A stretch of DNA of 64,000 nucleotides. Origin: an uncultured virus (IMG/VR IMGVR_UViG_3300043435_001124) (taxonomy: Duplodnaviria > Heunggongvirae > Uroviricota > Caudoviricetes). Under the pieces are notes generated by a model. The model was not told where the DNA came from and made no database searches. It saw nothing but the letters and a program-made list of their open reading frames with translations. The stretch lies in the IMG/VR virus record IMGVR_UViG_3300043435_001124; one strand, written 5' to 3'. Every line of letters begins with the position of its first letter. The first letter of the stretch is position 1. A program made the translations under genes and the position numbers. Below, one piece after another: positions 44,592 to 54,686 of this stretch.

Positions 44592-45368
44592 ATGGAAGAA
44601 CTTTCAGAATTATTTAAAATAGTTGCAGAAGAAAAGAAAAAGAAAAAACTAGAGATGGAATCTTTAGTTGGTGATTCTTTTGAAAAACTTTTTATTGAGC
44701 AACTGAAACCTAAAAAGAAAAAAAATATTCTAAAGAAAATACAAGAACCCCAAATTGTTGAAGTAATAGAAGTAAAAAAAGATACTTTAATAGAAAAATC
44801 ATTAGGTCTTCTTTCAGAACCCTCGGAAGTTAAACAGCAAACTGATCCCTTAACACCACTAGATCAAAACTTTGCAACACTTGATGATTTACAAAAGCAT
44901 TATAGCACTTTCCTGTCTCGTATTCAGCAACAACTCTCTACAGTAGGTGGAGGTGGTGAAACTCGTCTTGAGTTCTTGGATGATATTGATAGGAACTCTG
45001 CAAAGACTGATAATTACTTTCTCAAATATGATGCAACGCTCAATAAGTGGATAGGAGATCCTGCTGATGGCGTAGGTATTACAAGTATTGTATCCATTGC
45101 AGGAGTTACTACATACTATCAAGCAAATGCTGCTGATGATTATATTGGTGTAAGTGCTAATGTTCCTGTGACGATTGTATTACCACAAATACCTTCTTAT
45201 GGTAAAAAACTGATTGTAAAAGATGAGGGAAATCGAATAAATACATATAATATTACAGTTCAAGCAGGTATTGGTAAGAGTGTCGAGAATGATATTTCAG
45301 TCATTATGAGTAGCAATCACCAATCCTTTAGTTTTTTCTATAATGGTTCCAACTGGTATATCGTATAA
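44592..45368 (+). CDS. Putative virion/fibre-associated protein
   Basis: LSTVGGGGETRL; DDYIGV...TIVLP...IVKDE beta module; late promoter upstream. Confidence 0.6.
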   Translation: MEELSELFKIVAEEKKKKKLEMESLVGDSFEKLFIEQLKPKKKKNILKKIQEPQIVEVIEVKKDTLIEKSLGLLSEPSEVKQQTDPLTPLDQNFATLDDLQKHYSTFLSRIQQQLSTVGGGGETRLEFLDDIDRNSAKTDNYFLKYDATLNKWIGDPADGVGITSIVSIAGVTTYYQANAADDYIGVSANVPVTIVLPQIPSYGKKLIVKDEGNRINTYNITVQAGIGKSVENDISVIMSSNHQSFSFFYNGSNWYIV

Positions 45369-47284
45369 TGTCTTATAATCCTCTTCCACAACCAGCAGAT
45401 GTAGTAGTTAATACAGGGGTATCTACAAGTCCTGTAAGTTTTTCCAATCCATTTCCAGTATCTCTTGGTTCTTCCAATATTACAATTACTGGTGATGTAA
45501 ATGTAGGTACAACAGTATCAGTCACAAGTACTCCACAAGACCCAGTTCATACGCACATCACAGAAGTTGGTTCAAGTGGTATTTTAGAGGATGAAAATAT
45601 TCCTTATCTTCCAGTTGGCATTTCCTCATTACTGAATACTGTATCAATCTCAAATACAAGTTTTTATATTCTAAATCCAGTTACTTCGGTAACCGTAGGA
45701 GGAACTGTATCAATTGCTAATACAGTATCAATCTCAAATACAAGTTTTTATATAACCAACCCGGTTACATCAGTAACTGTAGGTGGAACTGTATCAATTG
45801 CTAATACAGTATCAATCTCTAACACTTCATTCTACATAACCAATCCAGTCACTACAGTTGCAGTATCAGGTATTGGTTCTACAGTCACAGTTCAGGGAAC
45901 AGTAGGAATTGGAACAACAGGGCAAGTATCACTCAACCTTAATAGTGCTCCTGTAAGTTCTAGTAATCCCCTACCAGTCACAGGAAATATTGGATTGAGT
46001 TCATCTGGAAATATTGTAAGAGTTGGTCTTGGAACCACAACTATTGAATTGGTAGATAACAATAAACCATTTCCAGTTTATCTTGCAAATATAACGGCAA
46101 CAAGTAAAAGAAGATTGGAAATTTCTACATACGAAACTAATTTCTTTAATACATTCCAATTCAATAAAGAAACTGATGTTTGGGATGAAAGAGTATCTAT
46201 TGGAGGAAATTCAATTCATATTCCAACATTAAGTGGAATTGGAATGTCTGTAACTTCTTCTGCTGGTTCTGAAGTCATTCGTCAAACCAGAAATGTAATG
46301 AAATACATTCCCGGTAGAGATTGTGATTTAGCATTTGCAATTAGATTAACAAATCCTGTTATTGGAGTTCGTAGAAGATTTGGATTATTTGATGAAAATG
46401 ATGGTATTTACTTTGAGGATGGTGGAGATGGTGATTATTATTGTTGTGTAAGAAATAGTAATGGTGCATCTGCAGGTATTGGGACGACTACACTAACTAG
46501 AATTCCTCGTAGTCAATGGAATGGAGACAAATTAGATGGTAATGGCGTAAGTCGAATTACTGCAGATCCTGATGCTCAACAAATAGTTAATTTTCATTAT
46601 GAATGGTATGGTGCAGGAAGAATTGAATATCAATTTGTTATTGATGGAACAATACACACGATTCATACTATAGATAATGCGAACAAATTAAAAGGTCCTT
46701 GGTGTGCAACTCCATTTTTACCAATTAGATGTGAAATTACCAACGTAACTGGTGCTGCAGGAACTCACTATCTTTATCAGGGTTCTAATTCATTAACCAC
46801 TAATGGACTTCAAACTAAATCAGGAATTGCTGGTAATATTTCATCTCCAATTACAGGTACAGATCTTGGTTCTTCCTATACTTTTACGCCAGTTTTAAGT
46901 ATTCGTCTTAAGACAATAGCACTTAAAGGTATTGTATTACCTACATTCTTTCAAGTTGCTACTGTTGATAATACTAATTTATTTTACAGATTAATAAGAA
47001 ATGCCCCACTTACAAATCCAGTTTGGGTAGATAATCCAGATCCCAATGGATTTACCCAATATGATGTTTCGGCTTCGGGAATAGGAACAACTGGTGTAAT
47101 AATTGATTCTGGATTTTTTATTACTGGTGGTGGTGCAGCAGCAATTGCATTAGACAAAGAAACCATCTATCAAATTGGTAGGAGTGGAATTGGAACTATT
47201 AGTGATACATTTACAATTGCTTGCGCGTCTGCAATTTCAAATAAAAATGCAGTTGCTGCTCTTACTTGGATTGAGCAGAGGTGA
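45368..47284 (+). CDS. Fibre/structural protein with internal 28-aa repeats
   Basis: S/T/V/G-rich N-terminus; WNGDKLDG; YEWYGAG; LP.RCEI; C-terminal W.E. Confidence 0.7.
   Translation: MSYNPLPQPADVVVNTGVSTSPVSFSNPFPVSLGSSNITITGDVNVGTTVSVTSTPQDPVHTHITEVGSSGILEDENIPYLPVGISSLLNTVSISNTSFYILNPVTSVTVGGTVSIANTVSISNTSFYITNPVTSVTVGGTVSIANTVSISNTSFYITNPVTTVAVSGIGSTVTVQGTVGIGTTGQVSLNLNSAPVSSSNPLPVTGNIGLSSSGNIVRVGLGTTTIELVDNNKPFPVYLANITATSKRRLEISTYETNFFNTFQFNKETDVWDERVSIGGNSIHIPTLSGIGMSVTSSAGSEVIRQTRNVMKYIPGRDCDLAFAIRLTNPVIGVRRRFGLFDENDGIYFEDGGDGDYYCCVRNSNGASAGIGTTTLTRIPRSQWNGDKLDGNGVSRITADPDAQQIVNFHYEWYGAGRIEYQFVIDGTIHTIHTIDNANKLKGPWCATPFLPIRCEITNVTGAAGTHYLYQGSNSLTTNGLQTKSGIAGNISSPITGTDLGSSYTFTPVLSIRLKTIALKGIVLPTFFQVATVDNTNLFYRLIRNAPLTNPVWVDNPDPNGFTQYDVSASGIGTTGVIIDSGFFITGGGAAAIALDKETIYQIGRSGIGTISDTFTIACASAISNKNAVAALTWIEQR
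45635..45865 (+). repeat. 84-nt tandem repeat (about 2.7 copies)
   Basis: Units start at 45635, 45719 and 45803, encoding NTVSISNTSFYI.NPVTSVTVGGTVSIA. Confidence 0.9.
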
Positions 47285-47417
47285 GTAGGTAATTAAATCC
47301 TCGCAGCATTCATAGCATTCGGATTCTTCCTCTTTCTAATGTCTTTGCTATAATATCTTCCTCTGGTCTTTACAAAAACTCACAAGTACCCTATACTGGT
47401 AAAAAGATTTCAAAAAA

Positions 47418-47741
47418 ATGAAAAAGTATAATGATGAATATTTTTCAGTGATTGATAAAAGAATTGGAAAAAAAATTGTAGATTGTGGTGAATATTCGGA
47501 TGCAATGATGATGTTTGACACAGATCCACACAATCGCCAAATTATTAAAAATAAATTTCTGATGGGTCAAGTTGTTGATATTGAGATGCCAAAGGCACTC
47601 CCAACCTCAGATATTGTTGTAAATATGGATGGTGGAGTTGGTGGTTCCTGGAAAGTAAACGAATCAACAGGAAATGGACCTAGTGAATCACTACCACAAA
47701 TCAAACTTCCAGAAGGACAAAAAAAACCAGTAGTAGTATGA
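47418..47741 (+). CDS. Hypothetical protein
   Basis: 107-aa ORF. Confidence 0.6.
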   Translation: MKKYNDEYFSVIDKRIGKKIVDCGEYSDAMMMFDTDPHNRQIIKNKFLMGQVVDIEMPKALPTSDIVVNMDGGVGGSWKVNESTGNGPSESLPQIKLPEGQKKPVVV

Positions 47742-47913
47742 TGCAAAATATCAATTGGATTAATATTCTATTAGACCTTTATATCATTTATTATGGGTTC
47801 AACTATGGGAGAAATAATAAAGATGAATCATAAGACAACGCTATCAGAACAGTTTCACTACATTTATATCACACTCAAAGAAACTCTAAATATTTTTGGT
47901 ACACATCTTAAGA

Positions 47914-48282
47914 ATGCCACTTTATTCTACTTCAGACGAACTTTTGTACAATCTTGAAGCAACTACGAGTTCCGAAGCAAAAAGAAAATGGAGACAATCA
48001 ATCAAAGAAAAATGGAATTATGAATGTGCATATTGCGAATCTTATCAGAATTTAACATTAGATCATATTACTCCAAGATCTAAAGGTGGAAGTGACCGAG
48101 TTACAAATGTCTTATGTGCTTGCAGAAAATGCAACACTTCCAAAGGTCATCAAGATTGGTATGATTGGTATATGCAACAACCATTCTTTACAACTGAAAA
48201 ATTATCTGCTATTATAGAATGGCGAAAGCAAACAAATGATAATGAATACTATACGTATCATCCAAGAAAAAATATAATTTAA
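47914..48282 (+). CDS. HNH endonuclease
   Basis: CAYC...TLDHITPRSKGG...N...ACRKCN..KG. Confidence 0.88.
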   Translation: MPLYSTSDELLYNLEATTSSEAKRKWRQSIKEKWNYECAYCESYQNLTLDHITPRSKGGSDRVTNVLCACRKCNTSKGHQDWYDWYMQQPFFTTEKLSAIIEWRKQTNDNEYYTYHPRKNII

Positions 48283-48373
48283 TGGACACATACAGTATTC
48301 GCCCACTGCTAGAAACGGCAGTGGGTATTATCATTTCAATTTTAACAATCCTTATACCGCTAGTTGTACTATT

Positions 48374-48613
48374 ATGAGATTCACAGTTTATTCAAAAAAC
48401 GGTTGCCCCTATTGTTCTAAAATAGAACAGGTACTACGATTAAGCAATCTGGAACATAAGATCTACAAATTAGATGAAGATTTTTTAAGAGATGAATTCT
48501 ATTCTCAGTTTGGATTAGGAACTACATTTCCTCAAGTAGTTCTTAATGATCAAGAGCATCTCGGGGGATGTACAGATACCGTTAAATATTTGCAGGAAAA
48601 TAAAGTAATCTAA
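48374..48613 (+). CDS. nrdC: Glutaredoxin
   Basis: CPYC; TFPQV; LGGC. Confidence 0.92.
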   Translation: MRFTVYSKNGCPYCSKIEQVLRLSNLEHKIYKLDEDFLRDEFYSQFGLGTTFPQVVLNDQEHLGGCTDTVKYLQENKVI

Positions 48614-48973
48614 ATGGAAACAACCTTTTACGAAGTTTATTACGATGTAGAAAAGGCAATTGATTATGCATTTAAAGGTCAGTTTGTATTGAAGTTTTAT
48701 GATTATTTAAAAATTAAAAAAGTTCTCCTACGAGAAGTTGGAGAATTTATTGAAAGTAAAACTGCATCAAATATTAGTGAGGTTGTACTAGATTTAGATA
48801 CTTATCTTGAAGGTGGTTCTGATAATGAACATAAACAACTTCGGGAAGCATATGGACATCTTTCAAAACCAGAAGCAAGAAAGATAAGAAATTATTTGTA
48901 TGACATTCTTAATGATGCATGGAAATACAGCAATGACAAAAAACCAGGACGACGAAAGAAACAAACTAAATAA
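48614..48973 (+). CDS. Conserved cyanophage hypothetical protein
   Basis: YLEGG...LREAYGHL.KP.ARKI. Confidence 0.7.
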   Translation: METTFYEVYYDVEKAIDYAFKGQFVLKFYDYLKIKKVLLREVGEFIESKTASNISEVVLDLDTYLEGGSDNEHKQLREAYGHLSKPEARKIRNYLYDILNDAWKYSNDKKPGRRKKQTK

Positions 48974-49148
48974 CTCTCGGAACCTCCATATTAATCGGGG
49001 GTTTGAGTTGATGCTAAGAAACAATAATAGGGGGGAGAAACCATCAGAACCAAACACATTTCAAATTCGTTTTGGTAAGATGATGTCTCTCTTCAAACGA
49101 GAGATACATTTTCAATTTGAATTCTTTTTAGATATGAAAAAAAAGTAA
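48933..49148 (+). CDS. Hypothetical protein
   Basis: INRGFELMLR...LFKREIHF. Confidence 0.55.
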   Translation: MTKNQDDERNKLNNSRNLHINRGFELMLRNNNRGEKPSEPNTFQIRFGKMMSLFKREIHFQFEFFLDMKKK

Positions 49149-49166
49149 CTCTCAAGGAGAATACCA

Positions 49167-49403
49167 ATGGAAACAACAGTTATTCTTACATTCACAACTC
49201 TTTTTTGTGTAATGTTTTTAATGATTGGACTAATCGGAGGTTGGATAGTTAAACAGTATCAAGTGGAAAGAATTTATGGTATTCGTAACATTCATCCAGA
49301 ATTCTTTGACAATAACGGAAATATAATTCCTGACGAGGTTGTCGCGGTTAGATTTGAAGAAGGATTCTTTGATGATGATGATGAAGATTGTGATGAAGAT
49401 TGA
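49167..49403 (+). CDS. Membrane protein with acidic tail
   Basis: Transmembrane helix; HPEFFD.NGNIIPDE..AVRFE. Confidence 0.7.
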   Translation: METTVILTFTTLFCVMFLMIGLIGGWIVKQYQVERIYGIRNIHPEFFDNNGNIIPDEVVAVRFEEGFFDDDDEDCDED

Positions 49404-49450
49404 TAAATAAACAAGATTGTATTATACTAAACTGAATTGTATTAAAAATT

Positions 49451-50026
49451 ATGCCTGTAACAAAAATAAAAACTGAAGCACCAATTGCAAAACTCCAACC
49501 AAATGCATTTCAATATGAAATTTTGGAATTGGTGTCAAAACAAAGAAGTGATGTAAAAAAAGTAGAAGTACTTAAAGAATACCGTAATGATGCTCTGATA
49601 AGTCTTTTCATTTGGAACTTTGATGATAGTGTAGTTAGTATTTTACCTCCAGGATCAGTTCCTTATGCTGATCCATCTGATCAATCGTCTATAGGGGGAA
49701 ATCTAACTGAATTGATTGATAGTAAAGCAAAAAACACCAATTTGAAAAATGGTGCATATGCAGGAACTGAAGAGTTGATGAATAAGCAACGCACATCTCT
49801 TCGTAATGAGCACACAAATTTTTATATTTTCCTAAAGGGTGGAAGTAGTACTCTTTCTCAAATTCGTAAGGAGACTATTTTTATCAACATGCTTCAAGGA
49901 CTTCATCCTTTAGAAGCAGAACTAGTTTGTCTAGTAAAAGATAAAAATCTTACAAATAAATATAAAGTAAGTTGGGATAATGTTAAGGGGGCATATCCTG
50001 ATATTCTTTGGGGAGGTCGTTCGTGA
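49451..50026 (+). CDS. Conserved T4-like hypothetical protein
   Basis: IWNFD...LPPG.VPY; F.KGG...R.E..FI..L.GLHP.EAE. Confidence 0.75.
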   Translation: MPVTKIKTEAPIAKLQPNAFQYEILELVSKQRSDVKKVEVLKEYRNDALISLFIWNFDDSVVSILPPGSVPYADPSDQSSIGGNLTELIDSKAKNTNLKNGAYAGTEELMNKQRTSLRNEHTNFYIFLKGGSSTLSQIRKETIFINMLQGLHPLEAELVCLVKDKNLTNKYKVSWDNVKGAYPDILWGGRS

Positions 50027-50358
50027 GTAAAACTGTATTAGTAGAGGAAGAAACTATGCAATGGACACCAGAAGAAAAAAAAGAAACTTCTTCTCGTTAT
50101 GGTTGTGAAATTCTTTTTGAACGTACTACACTTGCTCAGGTAAAAGATCTTTCTTTACCGAATGATGCTTATCTAATTTTGTACCGTGTAAATGCTGAGA
50201 CTCATGTAGACTTATGTCGTGGAACTGGAGTTAAAATCTTTGATATGTATTATGACAAGTTTGGTCCTGGATCAGTTCAAAAAATTGAATTTGGATATGG
50301 AAGAGTTTCTCCTAGAATATGGGGATATAAAGCACCTGAAGGAAAGAAAAAAAAATGA
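50023..50358 (+). CDS. Conserved cyanophage hypothetical protein
   Basis: LPNDAYL; IFDMYYD; GYGRVSPRIWG. Confidence 0.7.
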   Translation: MSKTVLVEEETMQWTPEEKKETSSRYGCEILFERTTLAQVKDLSLPNDAYLILYRVNAETHVDLCRGTGVKIFDMYYDKFGPGSVQKIEFGYGRVSPRIWGYKAPEGKKKK

Positions 50359-50543
50359 CTGCAGGATTTGATAATAAACTAAAAGTAGAAATTAATTCAA
50401 CTGAAGTTGATAAACTACTAAAGCAATACAAAAAAATTAAAAAATATATGAAATCTTCCTTGTATAAAGTGAAGAAAATTGATGGAACAGAAAAAGTTGT
50501 GTCGGAACTTTTAAAAGAATATGAGGATAATCCTCTGAATTAA
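50355..50543 (+). CDS. Hypothetical protein
   Basis: LLKQYKKIKKYMKS. Confidence 0.6.
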   Translation: MTAGFDNKLKVEINSTEVDKLLKQYKKIKKYMKSSLYKVKKIDGTEKVVSELLKEYEDNPLN

Positions 50544-50547
50544 ATAA

Positions 50548-50874
50548 ATGGGTAAGCATTTTTTATTGAATCTATATGGGTGCTCATCAGTTCTGTTGAA
50601 TGACGAGCGTTTTCTTGTTGATTTACTAGAAAATTGTGCAGTTGTATCTGGAGCAACCGTATTGAAAACAGTATCTCATAAGTTTGAACCTCAAGGTGTT
50701 ACTATTATTTGCTTACTTTCCGAAAGTCATATTAGCATTCATACTTGGCCTGAGGAACATAAGGCATCGGCAGATATTTTTACTTGTGGGATAGTGGATC
50801 CAAAGATTGGTTGTGATATAATGATAGCGCAACTCAAACCAATTGAATATAAACTTAATTATATTCAACGATAA
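50548..50874 (+). CDS. speD: S-adenosylmethionine decarboxylase proenzyme
   Basis: HKFEPQGVT...LLSESHISIHTWPE...D.FTCG. Confidence 0.93.
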   Translation: MGKHFLLNLYGCSSVLLNDERFLVDLLENCAVVSGATVLKTVSHKFEPQGVTIICLLSESHISIHTWPEEHKASADIFTCGIVDPKIGCDIMIAQLKPIEYKLNYIQR

Positions 50875-50938
50875 AAAAAAGGAGAGGATTGACATTCTCT
50901 CTTTTTTTATGTAAACTGATAAGAGACATACTATTGGA

Positions 50939-51106
50939 ATGAATAACGAACGATTAAAACTAATTGTGAGAAATCTGGATCTTTTGATTCAATCTTTAAA
51001 AGAGGAACTTGAAGATGTTCCAGAAATTTCTTATGAGACTACATCCTCATATGTTGAGGATGATGTTGATGAATACTATACTGAGGATGACGAAGAAGAT
51101 GTATGA
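50939..51106 (+). CDS. Small acidic hypothetical protein (not in ORF track)
   Basis: MNNERLKLIVRNLDLLIQSLKEEL... Confidence 0.6.
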   Translation: MNNERLKLIVRNLDLLIQSLKEELEDVPEISYETTSSYVEDDVDEYYTEDDEEDV

Positions 51107-51287
51107 AGACATTACGCCTTATGAAAGGGCGCTTGCAAGATTTGGTGATAAGTGTGCTCTCATAGCAGGACTTGAACTTGCTAATAAAATTTCTCCAGAA
51201 GAAGCATATCAACAAATAAAAGATATGTATAAGGAATTGAAAAAACTTCGCAAAGCAGAAAAGAAAAATTGGGAGACACCAAACTAA
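51099..51287 (+). CDS. Hypothetical protein with isopropylmalate-synthase-family-like cyanobacterial motif
   Basis: FGDK...GLE...KISPEEAYQQIK..YKELK. Confidence 0.55.
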   Translation: MYEDITPYERALARFGDKCALIAGLELANKISPEEAYQQIKDMYKELKKLRKAEKKNWETPN

Positions 51288-52042
51288 TGAAACCTATTAA
51301 AGCAAAAGATCTACTGGAACTAGATCAAGAAATGAAAGTTGTGATGATTCGTCAGTCACAACTTCCCCAGACTCTTGTTTGGCAAGCAGGTAAGAATGAT
51401 TATTCTGAAGTACCTATTCATACGGTGATGCCCCCCGTAGAAAAGGAATGTGGTAAATGGGTAATTGAACATCTACTTGCAAATGAAAGAGGTCATTGGG
51501 GACCACTAGAACATCCTGCAATTTCTTTTGATTGTGTTGGATTCGTTCATAATGTAATGGTTCAGGCACGAACTCATCGTGTTGGAGTTTCTTTTGATGT
51601 TCAATCTCAGCGTTATACTGGTCGTCGTGTACTGAAGGTTGCAAAGGGTGAACTGAAACCACAACAAGTTTTCTATGTGCGCCCAGAAGGTCTCTACCTG
51701 GACCGTAAAGGGCATAAGTATGAATGGACGAGGGAAGACTACGAAAGGCAGTTAAAGTTCTGTCTGGCGGCATCTGAGAGGTATGAGGAGGGTTATACTA
51801 AGCGTGGTATGGCAGAGGAACATCTTCGGGATTATCTTCCACAGAATATTCGTCAAAACTTCGTTGTTACATTCTCTCTTCGTGCAGTGTTACACTTTCT
51901 GGATCTTCGTGCTAAACTTGATGCTCAGGTGGAAATTCAAGCACTTTGCGAAGGTATGATTCCTGCAATTAAAGAATGGGTTCCTGAGATCTTTAGTTAT
52001 TATGAGGAGAAAAGACTTCATAAGGCACGTTTGAGTCCTTGA
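51287..52042 (+). CDS. thyX: Flavin-dependent thymidylate synthase
   Basis: HWGPLEH; QARTHRVG.SFDVQSQRY; HFLDLR...AQ.EI. Confidence 0.93.
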   Translation: MKPIKAKDLLELDQEMKVVMIRQSQLPQTLVWQAGKNDYSEVPIHTVMPPVEKECGKWVIEHLLANERGHWGPLEHPAISFDCVGFVHNVMVQARTHRVGVSFDVQSQRYTGRRVLKVAKGELKPQQVFYVRPEGLYLDRKGHKYEWTREDYERQLKFCLAASERYEEGYTKRGMAEEHLRDYLPQNIRQNFVVTFSLRAVLHFLDLRAKLDAQVEIQALCEGMIPAIKEWVPEIFSYYEEKRLHKARLSP

Positions 52043-52072
52043 TCTAAATACTCATACACATTATTAAAACTT

Positions 52073-52315
52073 ATGGCAATTTATCCAATCAAAAGTAAAG
52101 AAACTGGTGAGACTAAAGTGATTGAAATGAGTGTTCACGACATCACACAGTGGTATCAAGACAATCCAGAATGGTCCCGCGATTGGAGTCAGGGATGTGC
52201 AACTCCAGGAGAAGTTGGTGAGTGGAAAGACAAACTCATTGATAAACATCCCGGATGGAATGAAATTTTGGATAAAGCATCTAAAGCACCTAAATCACTC
52301 GTAAAGAAAATCTAA
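52073..52315 (+). CDS. Conserved cyanophage hypothetical protein
   Basis: MA.YP....TGE.K; DNPEW; HPGWNE. Confidence 0.7.
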   Translation: MAIYPIKSKETGETKVIEMSVHDITQWYQDNPEWSRDWSQGCATPGEVGEWKDKLIDKHPGWNEILDKASKAPKSLVKKI

Positions 52316-52316
52316 A

Positions 52317-53087
52317 ATGACAAGAAGAAAAAGAACCAATCAAGATACTCAGTCTGTTGGCGGTGTTCCTATGACTACGAAACATATGAAGCGTAGAAAA
52401 CCATTAAACTCTGATTTACTTTTAGATGTTCAACCTCTAACAGATAATCAAGGAAAACTATTTGAATCCTATGATGAAGGTAAGCACATTGTTGCTTATG
52501 GAGCAGCTGGAACTGGTAAAACTTTTATCGTTCTCTACAATGCACTCAAAGATGTTCTTAATGATAGGACACCTTATGATAAAATATACATCATTAGGTC
52601 TTTAGTGCAGACTCGCGAAATTGGATTCTTGCCAGGTAATCACGAAGATAAATCAGCACTCTTTGAAATACCATATAAAAATATGGTAAAATATATGTTC
52701 CAACTGCCGTCTGAAGATGAGTTTGAGATGCTATACGGCAATCTTAAATCTCAAGGTACTATTTCTTTTTGGTCTTCTTCTTTCTTAAGAGGAACTACTT
52801 TTGATAATTGCATTCTTATTGTGGACGAATTCCAAAATATGAATGGACACGAAAATGATTCTATCATCACTCGTGTTGGCGAAAACTGTAAAATTATGTT
52901 CTGTGGTGATGCTTCGCAGAGTGATTTAGTGCGACAGAATGAGAGAAATGGAATTCACGATTTTATAAAAATTCTTCAAATTATGCCATCATTTGATTTT
53001 ATTGAATTTGGTATTGAAGACGTATGCAGAAGTGGATTGGTTAAAGAGTACTTAATTGCAAAACATTCCTTAAATATTACCATATAA
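52317..53087 (+). CDS. phoH: PhoH-like ATPase
   Basis: GAAGTGKT; IGFLPG; FLRGTT; VDEFQN; TRVG; GD..QSD. Confidence 0.95.
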   Translation: MTRRKRTNQDTQSVGGVPMTTKHMKRRKPLNSDLLLDVQPLTDNQGKLFESYDEGKHIVAYGAAGTGKTFIVLYNALKDVLNDRTPYDKIYIIRSLVQTREIGFLPGNHEDKSALFEIPYKNMVKYMFQLPSEDEFEMLYGNLKSQGTISFWSSSFLRGTTFDNCILIVDEFQNMNGHENDSIITRVGENCKIMFCGDASQSDLVRQNERNGIHDFIKILQIMPSFDFIEFGIEDVCRSGLVKEYLIAKHSLNITI

Positions 53088-53088
53088 A

Positions 53089-53757
53089 ATGTTCACACAT
53101 ATTGATTTGAATCTCCCAAAACTTACGAGGGAGAGTATAGATGGAGTTCGTTATTATAACATTGGTGAAGAAAATAAAAAACTGGTGTCTATTACCTCCG
53201 TTATTAGTCATTATAGTAAAGCAAAGTTTGCAAAATGGCGTAAAAGAGTTGGAGAAGAAGAAGCAAATAGAATCACAAAAAGAGCAACCAGTCGTGGTAC
53301 TGATACTCATACTCTCATTGAGAGTTATTTGCTAAACGAAGAACTCTCAGAGGTTCAACCAATTTCAGAAATGTTATTTAAATTGGCGAAACCAACTCTA
53401 AATCGTATAAATAATATTTACTGTCTAGAAAGTTCTTTACACAGTAAAATTTTGGGAGTTGCAGGTTCTGTCGATACTATAGGAGAATTTGATGGTGAAC
53501 TTGCAGTTATTGATTATAAGACTTCCGCAAAACCAAAGCCCCGTGAATGGTTAGAAGGATATTTTGTTCAAACTATGTTTTATGGAATGGCTTTATATGA
53601 GATGACGGATATTCAAATTAAAAAGTTAGTTATTATAATGACCTGTGAGAATGGAGAATGTGTTGTTTACGAAGAAAGAGATTTAGAAAAATATATGAAA
53701 CTCGTTATTCAGTATATCAAAAAATTTGTAAACGATAAGTTAGAACAAATTGCTTGA
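53089..53757 (+). CDS. PD-(D/E)xK exonuclease
   Basis: SITSV; RGT..H; AG.VD; IDYKTS; Y..Q...Y. Confidence 0.88.
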   Translation: MFTHIDLNLPKLTRESIDGVRYYNIGEENKKLVSITSVISHYSKAKFAKWRKRVGEEEANRITKRATSRGTDTHTLIESYLLNEELSEVQPISEMLFKLAKPTLNRINNIYCLESSLHSKILGVAGSVDTIGEFDGELAVIDYKTSAKPKPREWLEGYFVQTMFYGMALYEMTDIQIKKLVIIMTCENGECVVYEERDLEKYMKLVIQYIKKFVNDKLEQIA

Positions 53758-53829
53758 CATATAAGGACTAAAGGTTTATAATAAACAAAAGTGAATTAAA
53801 TTATTGTGCCACTTACGCTCGTTCAATTA

Positions 53830-54096
53830 ATGACTTCTGATTACAATAGAGAATTAGAAAAAGTATTAGAAGAAAAGTTTTTCTGTCCCTCAAGATTTGC
53901 TCAAGAAGTTGAGAAACTTGTAGTTCAAGAGAGTGTATCTTATATTGATGCAATAATTGCTTTTTGTGAAATCAACAAAATTGATTTAGAATCTGTACCT
54001 AAACTTCTTTCAAAACCACTTAAAGAGAAGATTAAGTGCGAAGCAACTGAACTTAATTTTCTTAAGAAAACTTCAAAGGCACGATTAGTATTTTGA
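53830..54096 (+). CDS. 33: Late transcription coactivator gp33
   Basis: SYIDAI..FCE...; LSKPLKEKIK.EA..LNFL. Confidence 0.88.
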   Translation: MTSDYNRELEKVLEEKFFCPSRFAQEVEKLVVQESVSYIDAIIAFCEINKIDLESVPKLLSKPLKEKIKCEATELNFLKKTSKARLVF

Positions 54097-54686
54097 AATT
54101 GGAACCATTTGAATCATATCAAAAATATCTTGCTCTTAAGAATCATTTCACGAATAAAAAATATAATTACTTCACATATAATGGAAAAGTAAAAGCAAAT
54201 CTCCAATCTTTCTATAAACGCAAAGATAGATTTTGGTTTGAAAAATTGTCCAGAAATAAAACTGATGAGGAAATATTAAACTTTTTTGTGGCAAATTTTG
54301 CTTCTTGTGATGATCCACAATCACTTTGGATTGGTCAAATCATTAAGGAAGGAGAAGATAATTATAAGAACTGGATGCGCAAGACTCAATCACTTTCTTA
54401 TATTTTTAAAGAAGAAATAAGCATTTTTAATTCAAAAAACTTTGATGAGATGTTTAGTATTCAAGGTAACAAGCATCCTTTAATTATTAAGAATTATCTT
54501 CAGAAAAAAATATCATTAGAAACTTTAATTATTTTAAATAATATTCTCGAGTACACAAAAGAGTTTGATAAGAAACTTCAAGACCCTGTTTGGGAATTTG
54601 TATCTATGAGAATTGAAAAATATACTCCCTTCATACATATTGATGTAAACAAATTTAAGCAATTATTGAAGGAGTGTGTGTTGTGA
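54093..54686 (+). CDS. 59: Helicase loader gp59
   Basis: YLALKNHF...Y.YF.YNGK; RKDRFWFEKL; ISLETL. Confidence 0.88.
   Translation: MKLEPFESYQKYLALKNHFTNKKYNYFTYNGKVKANLQSFYKRKDRFWFEKLSRNKTDEEILNFFVANFASCDDPQSLWIGQIIKEGEDNYKNWMRKTQSLSYIFKEEISIFNSKNFDEMFSIQGNKHPLIIKNYLQKKISLETLIILNNILEYTKEFDKKLQDPVWEFVSMRIEKYTPFIHIDVNKFKQLLKECVL

Noticed and set aside
51009..51098. Upstream extension of ORF 51009-51287
   Set aside because: This stretch belongs to the overlapping acidic ORF 50939-51106 in another frame; the plausible start is 51099.
53089..53757. Cas4-like nuclease suggesting a CRISPR system
   Set aside because: It is the usual T4-like exonuclease next to phoH; no repeat-spacer array or other cas genes were seen in the window.
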